Shown piece after piece: positions 19,414-27,051 of a stretch of 45,679 nucleotides of DNA. The translations under genes were made by a program, and so were the position numbers. The first letter of the stretch is position 1. Every line of letters begins with the position of its first letter. The stretch is from assembly GCA_023140385.1 (NCBI GenBank), contig JAGLLT010000028.1:1-45679 (forward strand), in the 5' to 3' direction. This stretch comes from Candidatus Omnitrophota bacterium (GTDB lineage Bacteria; Omnitrophota; Gorgyraeia; JAGLLT01). The notes below the pieces were generated by a model. It was not told where the DNA came from, did not search any database, and saw nothing but the letters and a program-made list of their open reading frames with translations.

Positions 19414-20634
19414 TTAGTTAATAACGGCTGTTAACTCAAAAACCGGAAGCAGCATAGCCAAAACCACAAAACCAACCACCGCCCCCATTATTAAAATTAC
19501 CGCCGGCTCCAGCAGGGAGGTTAATCTATTAAGAGCGTTTTCTACTTCCTGCTCATAAAAAACAGCAACCCTCATCAAAGAATCTTCAAGCCGGCCTGTC
19601 TCCTCCCCGACAGCCACCAGATCGCTCACCATAGAAGGAAACTCCTTATTGGCCGAGAGCGCTCCGGCCAAGCTCTTCCCTTTTTTTACTTCATCGTAGA
19701 CCCTGGCCGTCTCTATAGAAAAAACTCTGCTGCCGGTTGTTTCTTTAGTCATACTTAAAGCGTTAAGAATAGGAACGCCATTTTTTATCAAGGTACTGAG
19801 GGTTCGTAAAAATCCGGCGACGGCCATCTTTCTGGATACCTTCCCCCAATAGGGTATTTTCAATTTCAGGCGTTCAAAAATTTCTTTCCCCTTCTCTTTA
19901 GCTGTTATCTGCCTGAAAATAAGAACAACCGCGAAAAAAACGGGCAGATAAAACCACCAGTAATCTTTTAAAAAGTTACTGCCGGCAAGTAAAACCCGCG
20001 TAGGCAGGGGTAAGGCCTGGCCAATATCTTCAAACATCAAAACAAACCTGGGCATAACAAAGAGCAAAAGAAAAACAACCACTGCCATGGCCACCGCTGC
20101 CATAGCTGCCGGGTAAATAAAAACTGTTTTGAGCTTCTCTTTCAATGCCTCCTCTTTTTCAGCAAAGTCGGCCAATCTTGCTAAAACCGCTTCCAGTGTC
20201 CCGCTTAACTCGCCCGCCTTTATCATATTTACGTAGAGGTTAGAAAATACCAGCGGATGCCCAGACATAGCTTCAGAAAGCGCCTTACCGTCCGCCACGC
20301 CGCTCTTTAAACATTTGACTACCTCCTTCAGCCTTTTACTTTCAGTCTGCTTAATTAAAACCGAGAGGCATCTCGCGAGAGGAATGTCCGCTTCTGTCAG
20401 ATTTGATAGCTGCCTCATAAAAACGGCTAAATCTTTAGCGCGTATCCTTCTAAAAATTAGCCGCGAACTTTCCTTTAAAGACGAAGAAGACGATTTTTCT
20501 CGAACATCAACCGAAACAACAAAGTACCCCCTTGCCTGAAGCGCGGCGACCACCGAATCCGTACTGCCGCCCTCAATTATGCCGCTTATGAACCGGCCGC
20601 TTTTGTTTTTTGCTTTGTAAATAAATAGTCCCAT
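19414..20634 (-). CDS. gspF: Type II secretion inner-membrane protein GspF/PilC
   Basis: Two T2SSF domains (GELSGTLE; GEETGRLE), YP, LPLPT, LLEP. Confidence 0.95.
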   Translation of the reverse strand: MGLFIYKAKNKSGRFISGIIEGGSTDSVVAALQARGYFVVSVDVREKSSSSSLKESSRLIFRRIRAKDLAVFMRQLSNLTEADIPLARCLSVLIKQTESKRLKEVVKCLKSGVADGKALSEAMSGHPLVFSNLYVNMIKAGELSGTLEAVLARLADFAEKEEALKEKLKTVFIYPAAMAAVAMAVVVFLLLFVMPRFVLMFEDIGQALPLPTRVLLAGSNFLKDYWWFYLPVFFAVVLIFRQITAKEKGKEIFERLKLKIPYWGKVSRKMAVAGFLRTLSTLIKNGVPILNALSMTKETTGSRVFSIETARVYDEVKKGKSLAGALSANKEFPSMVSDLVAVGEETGRLEDSLMRVAVFYEQEVENALNRLTSLLEPAVILIMGAVVGFVVLAMLLPVFELTAVIN

Positions 20635-20648
20635 TTATTATCAATTAT

Positions 20649-22376
20649 TTAGTTTATATAATTTAACTCTGCTTCGGTTACGCGCAGTACCTCATCAATG
20701 GTGGTTACGCCCTCTATAACCTTATCCCAGCCATCTTCTCTCAAGGTTTTCATACCGAGCTTGACCGCTTCTTCTTTAATGACCTCGGTGGAGGTTCGCT
20801 GAAGAATCAACCTCTTTATCCGGTCATAAACTAAAAGCAGTTCGTATATTCCCGTTCTACCTTTATAACCTGTATGCATACACTTTTCACAACCTTTTCC
20901 TTTATAAAAAGTGCTGTTCTTAAGCCCTCTTTTTTTAAGCGCCGACTTAAAACCAATCTCATCCAGAAAAACTTCCTCCGGACGATAGCTCTCTTTGCAT
21001 TTTGAACAAATAACCCTCACCAGCCTTTGAGCCAAAACCGCGCTTATAGATGAAGATACTAAAAAGGGTTCTATGCCCATATCAATTAAGCGGGTAATCG
21101 CCCCGGCGGCGTCATTGGTGTGCAGGGTGCTAAAAACCAGATGCCCGGTTAAGGCGGAACGTATGGCAATTTCAGCCGTTTCAGAATCTCTTATCTCTCC
21201 CACCATAATAATATCGGGATCCATTCTTAAGATAGAACGCAATCCCCTGGCAAAAGTTAAATTTATTTTCGGCTTGATTTGTATCTGATTGATGCCCCTC
21301 AGCTGATATTCAATAGGGTCTTCCACGGTTATTATTTTTTTGTCGTCAGAGTTAATCCTGCTTAAAGAAGCGTAAAGGGTGGTAGTCTTACCGGAGCCGG
21401 TCGGCCCCGTAACCAAAATAATACCGTGCGGCCTGCTTATTAAGGAAACGATCTGCTTCAGATAAAAGTCCGCCATACCCAGCTGGCTAAGGCCAAACAT
21501 AATTTTACCCTTAGGCAGTATTCTTATATCAATATTTTCTCCAAAGACGGTAGGGATAGTAGCTACCCGTAAATCAATTTCTCCTTCCGGTAGATTCATC
21601 TTTATCCGTCCATCCTGGGGCAAGCGTTTTTCAGCAATATTTAAATCCGCCATAATCTTTATTCTTGAAATAATGGCTGATTGAAAGTGCCTGATGCTTT
21701 GAGGAGTTGTAATTTTATGGAGAACGCCGTCAATGCGGTACCTTATTCTCAACTCATCCTCAAAGGGCTCAAAGTGAATATCCGTCGCCCTGTCGTTGTA
21801 GGCCTCGGCAATAATCTGATTTACGAATTTAATAACCGAAGCGTCTTCTGCCAGCTCTTCTTTGTTCTCAACCTTATCGGCCTTTAAGGCCTCTTGCTCA
21901 AGCTCATCCGCGGTCGCCTCAACCATCTTCTCCATCGTATCCGCGCCTACGCCATAATGCTTCCTGATGGCCTTTACAATCTCATCTTCACTGCTTACAG
22001 CCACCTTTACTTCACAGGCCAGTAGAAGCTTAAGGTCATCCAGCGTATGAATGTCCAGGGGGTCGGCCATAGCTATGCTTAAAAGGTTGTCATCCAAGCT
22101 GAGGGGAATAAGTTTATTGAGAGAGGCAAATTTTACAGGTATTTTAGTTATTACAGACCGGTCTATCTCTATGCCGGAAAGTTTAAGATAGGGTATGCCC
22201 AATTGAAAGGCGAGCATTTTTAGAACATCCTCTTCAGTAGCAAAACCAAGCTCTACTAAAATCCGGCCTATACGTTGATTAGCCTCTTTTAGCTTGCTTA
22301 CAGCCAACTGCAGCTGGCTATCTTCTATAATACCTTCCTTGAGCAGGAGTTCTCCTAATAACTTGTTTTGCCTCAT
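20649..22376 (-). CDS. gspE: Type II secretion ATPase GspE/PilB
   Basis: MshEN-like LLGELL N-terminus, Walker A GPTGSGKT, TVEDPIE, DPDIIMVGEIRD, TGHLVFSTLH, tetra-Cys zinc motif. Confidence 0.95.
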   Translation of the reverse strand: MRQNKLLGELLLKEGIIEDSQLQLAVSKLKEANQRIGRILVELGFATEEDVLKMLAFQLGIPYLKLSGIEIDRSVITKIPVKFASLNKLIPLSLDDNLLSIAMADPLDIHTLDDLKLLLACEVKVAVSSEDEIVKAIRKHYGVGADTMEKMVEATADELEQEALKADKVENKEELAEDASVIKFVNQIIAEAYNDRATDIHFEPFEDELRIRYRIDGVLHKITTPQSIRHFQSAIISRIKIMADLNIAEKRLPQDGRIKMNLPEGEIDLRVATIPTVFGENIDIRILPKGKIMFGLSQLGMADFYLKQIVSLISRPHGIILVTGPTGSGKTTTLYASLSRINSDDKKIITVEDPIEYQLRGINQIQIKPKINLTFARGLRSILRMDPDIIMVGEIRDSETAEIAIRSALTGHLVFSTLHTNDAAGAITRLIDMGIEPFLVSSSISAVLAQRLVRVICSKCKESYRPEEVFLDEIGFKSALKKRGLKNSTFYKGKGCEKCMHTGYKGRTGIYELLLVYDRIKRLILQRTSTEVIKEEAVKLGMKTLREDGWDKVIEGVTTIDEVLRVTEAELNYIN

Positions 22377-22383
22377 AGTATTT

Positions 22384-22412
22384 ATTATACACCTCGATTA
22401 GATAACATTCAA
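22384..22412 (-). promoter_or_regulatory. sigma70-type promoter of the gsp operon (likely leaderless transcript)
   Basis: Minus strand TTGAAT (22412-22407), 17 bp, TATAAT (22389-22384), 7 bp, ATG of gspE. Confidence 0.7.
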
Positions 22413-22467
22413 GCGGCAAAAAAAGAGGAAAACTGCATTGGCAGGCGGCTACGAGGGACAACTAAAT

Positions 22468-22549
22468 TACAAAAAGACCGCCTTAGATGAGGAAATCCAA
22501 CTTACAATATTAAAGGAGGTGTAAGTTGTTTTATAACGGCCTTTCTGTA
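22468..22549 (-). ncRNA. Structured 3'-UTR element, copy 1 (13-bp outer stem, 9-bp inner stem, CCUCCUUU loop)
   Basis: Nested inverted repeats; near-identical to 23288-23369; outer-stem non-Watson-Crick positions are G-U pairs on the minus strand. Confidence 0.55.
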
Positions 22550-22658
22550 TTTTTTGAATCAAAAGAGAATTAGCTTCTCTTTTTTCTACCTATTCCGAAC
22601 AAACCAAGTAAGCCACTACCTAACAGTAACATACTGGCCGGCTCCGGAACCGCATCAA
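22468..22658. repeat. ~190-bp direct repeat, copy 1 (PEP-CTERM coding tail plus 3' element)
   Basis: Aligns by eye with 23288-23480 with only a few substitutions and small indels. Confidence 0.9.
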
Positions 22659-23184
22659 GGCTAGCATCATCCCACTTGCCGCACTGGTCTGCATCCTGCC
22701 CAAACAAAACCTGAACTTTGTTTGCATTACCAGGAGACGTACCGGTAAGGGTATGTTTAACCCAGCTATCCGTAAGACTAATGTTCTGGGAATTGTCAGC
22801 GATGTAGATGCCATCTTGATACCATGCAAGTGTCATGTAATAATCACCAACTACCTCGCCGCCATCCCTCTTTGCCCAAATAGTAAAGTTGTATGGTGTG
22901 CTTCCTGTTATACCACTAGTAACGTCCTGGTATGCTTCACCGTTTTTATTGCCACCCCAGTCCATTACTCCGATACCCCATGAGCCGGTTGGGCGTTCAG
23001 CAAAATCCGGCCAGCCTTCGCGCCTTGCGTCATCTGACTCCACCCAGATATCAGCATCTTGATCGCCACCAATACCCGCAGTTTCAAAATCAGGATTACC
23101 GAGAAGATTAGCATCAGCAATTGATGGTAGGGCAACAAAGCCTAATACAGCGATAATCAATGTTGCTAAATACAATTTTTTCAT
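22570..23184 (-). CDS. PEP-CTERM surface protein with CBM4/9-like (galactose-binding fold) domain
   Basis: Signal peptide, NLLGNPDFE, C-terminal VPEPASMLLLGSGLLGLFGIGRKKRS; RBS AAGGAGGTG. Confidence 0.9.
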   Translation of the reverse strand: MKKLYLATLIIAVLGFVALPSIADANLLGNPDFETAGIGGDQDADIWVESDDARREGWPDFAERPTGSWGIGVMDWGGNKNGEAYQDVTSGITGSTPYNFTIWAKRDGGEVVGDYYMTLAWYQDGIYIADNSQNISLTDSWVKHTLTGTSPGNANKVQVLFGQDADQCGKWDDASLDAVPEPASMLLLGSGLLGLFGIGRKKRS

Positions 23185-23222
23185 TTAATTCACCTCCTTT
23201 TTTATTACGCTATGTTACAAAA
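23150..23222. repeat. ~73-bp direct repeat, copy 1 (5' leader, RBS and signal-peptide start of PEP-CTERM gene)
   Basis: Near-identical to 23945-24017. Confidence 0.85.
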
Positions 23223-23255
23223 AATAGATTTTCTTCTAAAGATTACTCACAAAAA

Positions 23256-23271
23256 TTACGCACATGGGTAA
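23256..23271. promoter_or_regulatory. Operator-like palindrome TTAC-GCACATGG-GTAA
   Basis: Upstream of PEP-CTERM gene 23184; counterpart at 24043 in otherwise diverged DNA. Confidence 0.5.
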
Positions 23272-23287
23272 CGTGCTGGATAAAAAA

Positions 23288-23369
23288 TACAGAAAGACCG
23301 CCTTAGATGAGGAAATCCAACTTACAATATTAAAGGAGGTGTAAGTTGTTTTATAACGGCCTTTCTGTA
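23288..23369 (-). ncRNA. Structured 3'-UTR element, copy 2; may also act as intrinsic terminator
   Basis: Minus strand TACAGAAAGGCCG...CAACTTACA-CCTCCTTTAATAT-TGTAAGTTG...CGGTCTTTCTGTA followed by T6. Confidence 0.6.
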
Positions 23370-23480
23370 ATTTTTTTAAATCAAAAGAGAATTAGCTTCT
23401 CTTTTTTCTACCTATTCCGAACAAACCAAGTAAGCCACTACCTAACAGTATCATACTGGCCGGCTCAGGAATCGCGTCAA
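23288..23480. repeat. ~190-bp direct repeat, copy 2
   Basis: Aligns with 22468-22658 at an offset of about 820 bp. Confidence 0.9.
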
Positions 23481-23979
23481 ATTCAACGTCGTCAAATTTA
23501 CCGCAAGTTACACCTGTACCAACTGTACCAAAGCTGACCAAAACGCTGTCAGCACCACCAGGTACTATGCCTGCCATCGTGAACTGCTCATGAGCGGAGT
23601 CACCCATATTGATAACCTGGCTATCTGAATCAAATTCACTTCCGCTAGCATACCAGGCAAGATTCATAGTATAATCAGTGTTGGGATCGTCGCCATAGCT
23701 CCAAAGAGAGTAAGTGTAAGCAAGGCCTCCGCTAATGTCGGAAACCATCTGAGAACAATCACCTGCTTGTATGTCCCACGGGTCTGATATGGACACGAGA
23801 TTGTTTCCTGTCTTAGCATCAGCTCCACCCCAGGCTTGTACTTTGGTGCTACCGGTTAATGTCCAGGCTGCGCCTCCGTCTTCAAAGCTCCAGTCGTCAA
23901 GCATATTTGCCTGAGCAGACGGTACTATGAGAAACAGACCTAACGCGATAATCAATGTTGCTAAATACAATTTTTTCAT
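23392..23979 (-). CDS. PEP-CTERM surface protein with CBM4/9-like domain (tandem paralogue)
   Basis: Same MKKLYLATLIIA start; NMLDDWSFE; IPEPASMILLGSGLLGLFGIGRKKRS. Confidence 0.9.
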   Translation of the reverse strand: MKKLYLATLIIALGLFLIVPSAQANMLDDWSFEDGGAAWTLTGSTKVQAWGGADAKTGNNLVSISDPWDIQAGDCSQMVSDISGGLAYTYSLWSYGDDPNTDYTMNLAWYASGSEFDSDSQVINMGDSAHEQFTMAGIVPGGADSVLVSFGTVGTGVTCGKFDDVEFDAIPEPASMILLGSGLLGLFGIGRKKRS

Positions 23980-24017
23980 TTAATTCACCTCCTTTTTAAT
24001 TACGTTATGTTACAAAA
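23945..24017. repeat. ~73-bp direct repeat, copy 2
   Basis: Near-identical to 23150-23222. Confidence 0.85.
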
Positions 24018-24172
24018 CTTTGTTTTATTACCAGTTCTGAAGTTACGCATATGTGTGATGAACTGAATAAAAAATATTTGGTTGAGTTAAAAAGATTGTC
24101 TTGATAAGAAATTGGATTTCGAAGTATTACCTTGGCTGGTTCTGCTAATTTATTGCTTGCTTTGATTGGCAA
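24005..24172 (-). CDS. Candidate 55-aa small ORF (MPIKASNKLAEPAKV...), hypothetical
   Basis: TTG start 8 nt after CAGGAG; open for 55 codons to TAA at 24005; below the ORF-track length cut-off. Confidence 0.25.
   Translation of the reverse strand: MPIKASNKLAEPAKVILRNPISYQDNLFNSTKYFLFSSSHICVTSELVIKQSFVT
24043..24058. promoter_or_regulatory. Operator-like imperfect palindrome TTAC-GCATATGT-GTGA
   Basis: Upstream of PEP-CTERM gene 23979; matches the 23256 site at 12 of 16 positions. Confidence 0.45.
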
Positions 24173-24225
24173 TTTAATAACTCCTGTTTTACGCTACTAC
24201 TTTGGAGATTTTAATTTTGTTAAGC

Positions 24226-24241
24226 AAACGTGCATGTGTTT
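24226..24241. promoter_or_regulatory. Operator-like palindrome AAAC-GTGCATGT-GTTT
   Basis: Overlaps the predicted start site of the 24244-24272 promoter. Confidence 0.5.
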
Positions 24242-24243
24242 CC

Positions 24244-24272
24244 ATAATACCCGCTATTCACCACTTTGTCAA
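24244..24272 (-). promoter_or_regulatory. sigma70-type promoter upstream of the PEP-CTERM pair
   Basis: Minus strand TTGACA (24272-24267), 17 bp, TATTAT (24249-24244). Confidence 0.7.
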
Positions 24273-24386
24273 GAATAATCTTTTGCTTTTTTTAAGGAAT
24301 ATATTGCGTGACAAACCGCATCGAAATGTACACTGTATATAGTGTATCTTAATATTGGAAGTCTGTAGAGTGTGGAGATTTAATCC

Positions 24387-25499
24387 CTATTTCTTTCTAT
24401 CCAGGAGGACGGCGCCGATGATGATAGCGCCTTTAACTATCTCCTGATAAAAAGAATCGATATTCAATAACTGCATACCGTTATTTAAGGTGCCTATGAT
24501 GAAGGCGCCTATGATGGAGCCGCCTATGCTTCCATGGCCTCCTGAGAGGCTGGTGCCGCCAATAACTACGGAGGCGATAGCATCCAGCTCAAACATCACG
24601 CCGGAGGTTGGCACGCCGGAGTTAAGCCTGGCAGTCAGAACTATTCCGGCAACGGCCGCTAAAACACCCATAATGGTAAAAACCAAAAACTTAATCAACT
24701 TAACATTTATACCGGAGAGCCGGGCCGCCTCTTCATTACCGCCAACGGCGTATACATAACGCCCGAATCGCATCCGCCGTAACACGTAAATTCCTATCAT
24801 CGCGATAACAAAGAATATTGCCGCTCCCATGGGCAAACCGCGGAATATAACCAGCCAGCTTATCAAAGTTAAAGCGGCCAGCATAAAGAAAGCGTTGATG
24901 GCGCTGATAGGGCTAATCTTAAAACCTTCCTTAAACTGTCCATTTTTCATCTTCCTTAAAAAACAGATAGCCGCGATAAGGGTTAAAAAAGCCAAGACAC
25001 TGAAAAAGACAGTGGGAGAGATATAACTTTCGCTGATCAATATAAATTTTTCGTTAAGTCCTGATATAGCCTGGCCGCCTGAAAAAACCAAAGCTAACCC
25101 ACGGGCAATAGTCATCATACCCAGAGTGATGATAAAGGGCGGTATTTTAAACTTAGTGACAAAAAAACCGTTCCAGCCTCCAATAACAGCGCCGATTAAA
25201 ACTGTCAGGACAATGGCCGGTACTGTCCCTAGCGGCTGAAACAAAGCCGCGAAGATGCCGGTCAGGGCCACAACCGAGCCGACTGAAAGGTCAATGCCGC
25301 CTATAAGAATTACCAGAGTCATACCCACGGCTAATATTCCATTAACCGATGTCTGGCGTAAGACGTTTATCAAATTCCTCGGAGTTATAAAAGTTCCCTT
25401 TGTCAGAAAGGCCGTTAAAATAATGAGGGTTATCAGGCCTATCAGGTTGCCGTATTTTTTAATTAGCTCAGACTGAAAAATCTTTTTCCCCGAACTCAT
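24387..25499 (-). CDS. Monosaccharide ABC transporter permease (RbsC/XylH family)
   Basis: GGIDLSVGS, PPFIITLG, FGRYVYAVGGNEEAARLSGI, ELDAIASVVIGGTSLSGG. Confidence 0.95.
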   Translation of the reverse strand: MSSGKKIFQSELIKKYGNLIGLITLIILTAFLTKGTFITPRNLINVLRQTSVNGILAVGMTLVILIGGIDLSVGSVVALTGIFAALFQPLGTVPAIVLTVLIGAVIGGWNGFFVTKFKIPPFIITLGMMTIARGLALVFSGGQAISGLNEKFILISESYISPTVFFSVLAFLTLIAAICFLRKMKNGQFKEGFKISPISAINAFFMLAALTLISWLVIFRGLPMGAAIFFVIAMIGIYVLRRMRFGRYVYAVGGNEEAARLSGINVKLIKFLVFTIMGVLAAVAGIVLTARLNSGVPTSGVMFELDAIASVVIGGTSLSGGHGSIGGSIIGAFIIGTLNNGMQLLNIDSFYQEIVKGAIIIGAVLLDRKK

Positions 25500-27025
25500 T
25501 CCTTGCCTCCGGTCGCGTAAAACATTACCTTTTCCTGAGTAGCCTCTTCCTTGTCCAACTCCTTAATTGCCTGCCCTTCGTGCATTATCAGCAGTCTGTC
25601 GCTCATACTCAAAACCTCAGGCAAATCTGAAGAGACCATTACTATGGCCACTCCTTCTTTGGCCAGTTTATTCATCAACTGGTAAATCTCTACCTTAGCG
25701 GCTACGTCTACTCCCCTGGTTGGCTCATCCAGCAAAAGTACCCTGGGATTAGTAGCCAACCATTTGGCGATAACTACCTTCTGCTGATTGCCTCCGCTTA
25801 AATTATTAACTATAGCTTTAGAGCCCGCGGTTTTTATCTTCAGGCTCCGGGTGTAACGCTCTATAAGTTCGTCTTCTTTTTGTTTATTTATCACCTGGTA
25901 CCAGCTGATGTCTTCCAGGCACGACAAACTGATGTTTTCTCCTACCTCCATACCTAAAACCAGCCCAAACAACTTTCTGTCCTCTGTCACCAGGCCTATA
26001 CCTTCTTCTATCGCCTGATGAGGGCTGTTAATTCTTACGTGTTTTCCTTCAAGGTAAACCTCTCCGCTGGAGTCAGCGGAGAAGGAGCCGAAGATAGCAT
26101 TTAACAACTCTGACCTGCCCGAACCCATCAGGCCGTAGATACCCAAAACTTCTCCGCTTCTTACCTGAAAATTAACGTTCCTGACTACCTTTTCGCCGGT
26201 TAAAAAGGGATGGTCAACGAAAAAATCTTTTACCTCCAGGGCCGTCTTGCCGATAGAAACCTTTTCCTTGGGATACATATCTTCTATATTCCTGCCCACC
26301 ATTAAGGCTACCAGCTCCTGGCGGCTCATCCGGGAGGTCTCTTTTCCGCCAACGGTTCTGCCGTCTCTAAGCACACTGACTCTATTTGTAATCTCAAAAA
26401 TTTCATCCAGTTTGTGCGAGATATAAATCATACTCACGCCGCGCGCGCCCAGAGACTTTATCATCTTAAAGAGGCTTCTGATTTCCTGTTCTGTCAGCGC
26501 GCTTGTGGGTTCATCCAATATTAAAATTTTGGCCCGACAGGAAACCGCCTTGGCTATTTCCACCATCTGCTGTTTGCCTATGCTTAGGTTCTCAATCATC
26601 TCATCCGCCGAGACGGAAATATCCAGCGTATCCAGTAAATCCTGCGTTTGCCTGAAAAGTTCTTCTTCTTTAATTAGGCCGGTTTTGCCTATAACAGGTT
26701 CGCGCCCCAAAAATATATTTTCGGCCGCGCTCATCTTAGGAATTAAATTTAACTCCTGATATATAATGGCAATGCCCGCGGACTGCGAATCCTTCGGGGA
26801 CTTAAAGGCGCACCTATTACCCTTTAAATAAATTTCTCCCTGGTAGCTTCCCGCCGGATATGCCCCGCTAAATATCTTCATCAGCGTTGACTTACCGGCC
26901 CCGTTCTCGCCCACCAATCCCAGAACCTCGCCTTCATTCAGGCAAAAACTAACCTTATCCAGAGCGCGTACCCCGGGAAAGTCCTTAATGATGTTTCTTG
27001 TCTCTAAAAGAACATTGCTCTCCAT
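25496..27025 (-). CDS. Monosaccharide ABC transporter ATP-binding protein (RbsA/XylG family, two ABC domains)
   Basis: GENGAGKSTL, ILDEPT, YISHKL, LSGGNQQKV, LDEPTRGVDV; the YPAGSYQGEI segment is XylG/MmsA-like. Confidence 0.95.
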   Translation of the reverse strand: MESNVLLETRNIIKDFPGVRALDKVSFCLNEGEVLGLVGENGAGKSTLMKIFSGAYPAGSYQGEIYLKGNRCAFKSPKDSQSAGIAIIYQELNLIPKMSAAENIFLGREPVIGKTGLIKEEELFRQTQDLLDTLDISVSADEMIENLSIGKQQMVEIAKAVSCRAKILILDEPTSALTEQEIRSLFKMIKSLGARGVSMIYISHKLDEIFEITNRVSVLRDGRTVGGKETSRMSRQELVALMVGRNIEDMYPKEKVSIGKTALEVKDFFVDHPFLTGEKVVRNVNFQVRSGEVLGIYGLMGSGRSELLNAIFGSFSADSSGEVYLEGKHVRINSPHQAIEEGIGLVTEDRKLFGLVLGMEVGENISLSCLEDISWYQVINKQKEDELIERYTRSLKIKTAGSKAIVNNLSGGNQQKVVIAKWLATNPRVLLLDEPTRGVDVAAKVEIYQLMNKLAKEGVAIVMVSSDLPEVLSMSDRLLIMHEGQAIKELDKEEATQEKVMFYATGGKE

Positions 27026-27051
27026 ATTATAGATAAAAATTTACCCTCGGA

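Noticed and set aside
11324..22376. Type IV pilus or competence cluster
   Set aside because: Canonical GspG, GspK, GspC and GspD signatures and no PilT indicate a T2SS, despite PilM/N/O-like platform proteins.
23346..23537. + strand 63-aa ORF with a perfect SD (AAAGGAGGTG) before TTG, antisense to a PEP-CTERM gene; considered as a type I toxin-like peptide
   Set aside because: In the duplicate copy (TTG at 22526) indels change the frame and it stops after 15 codons, while G-U pairing favours structure on the minus strand.
22468..24017. Direct repeats as a CRISPR array, or as integron cassettes with attC-like hairpins
   Set aside because: Only two long copies that include coding tails; no spacer periodicity, no cas or integrase gene, and no clear RYYYAAC/GTTRRRY boxes at the stem ends.
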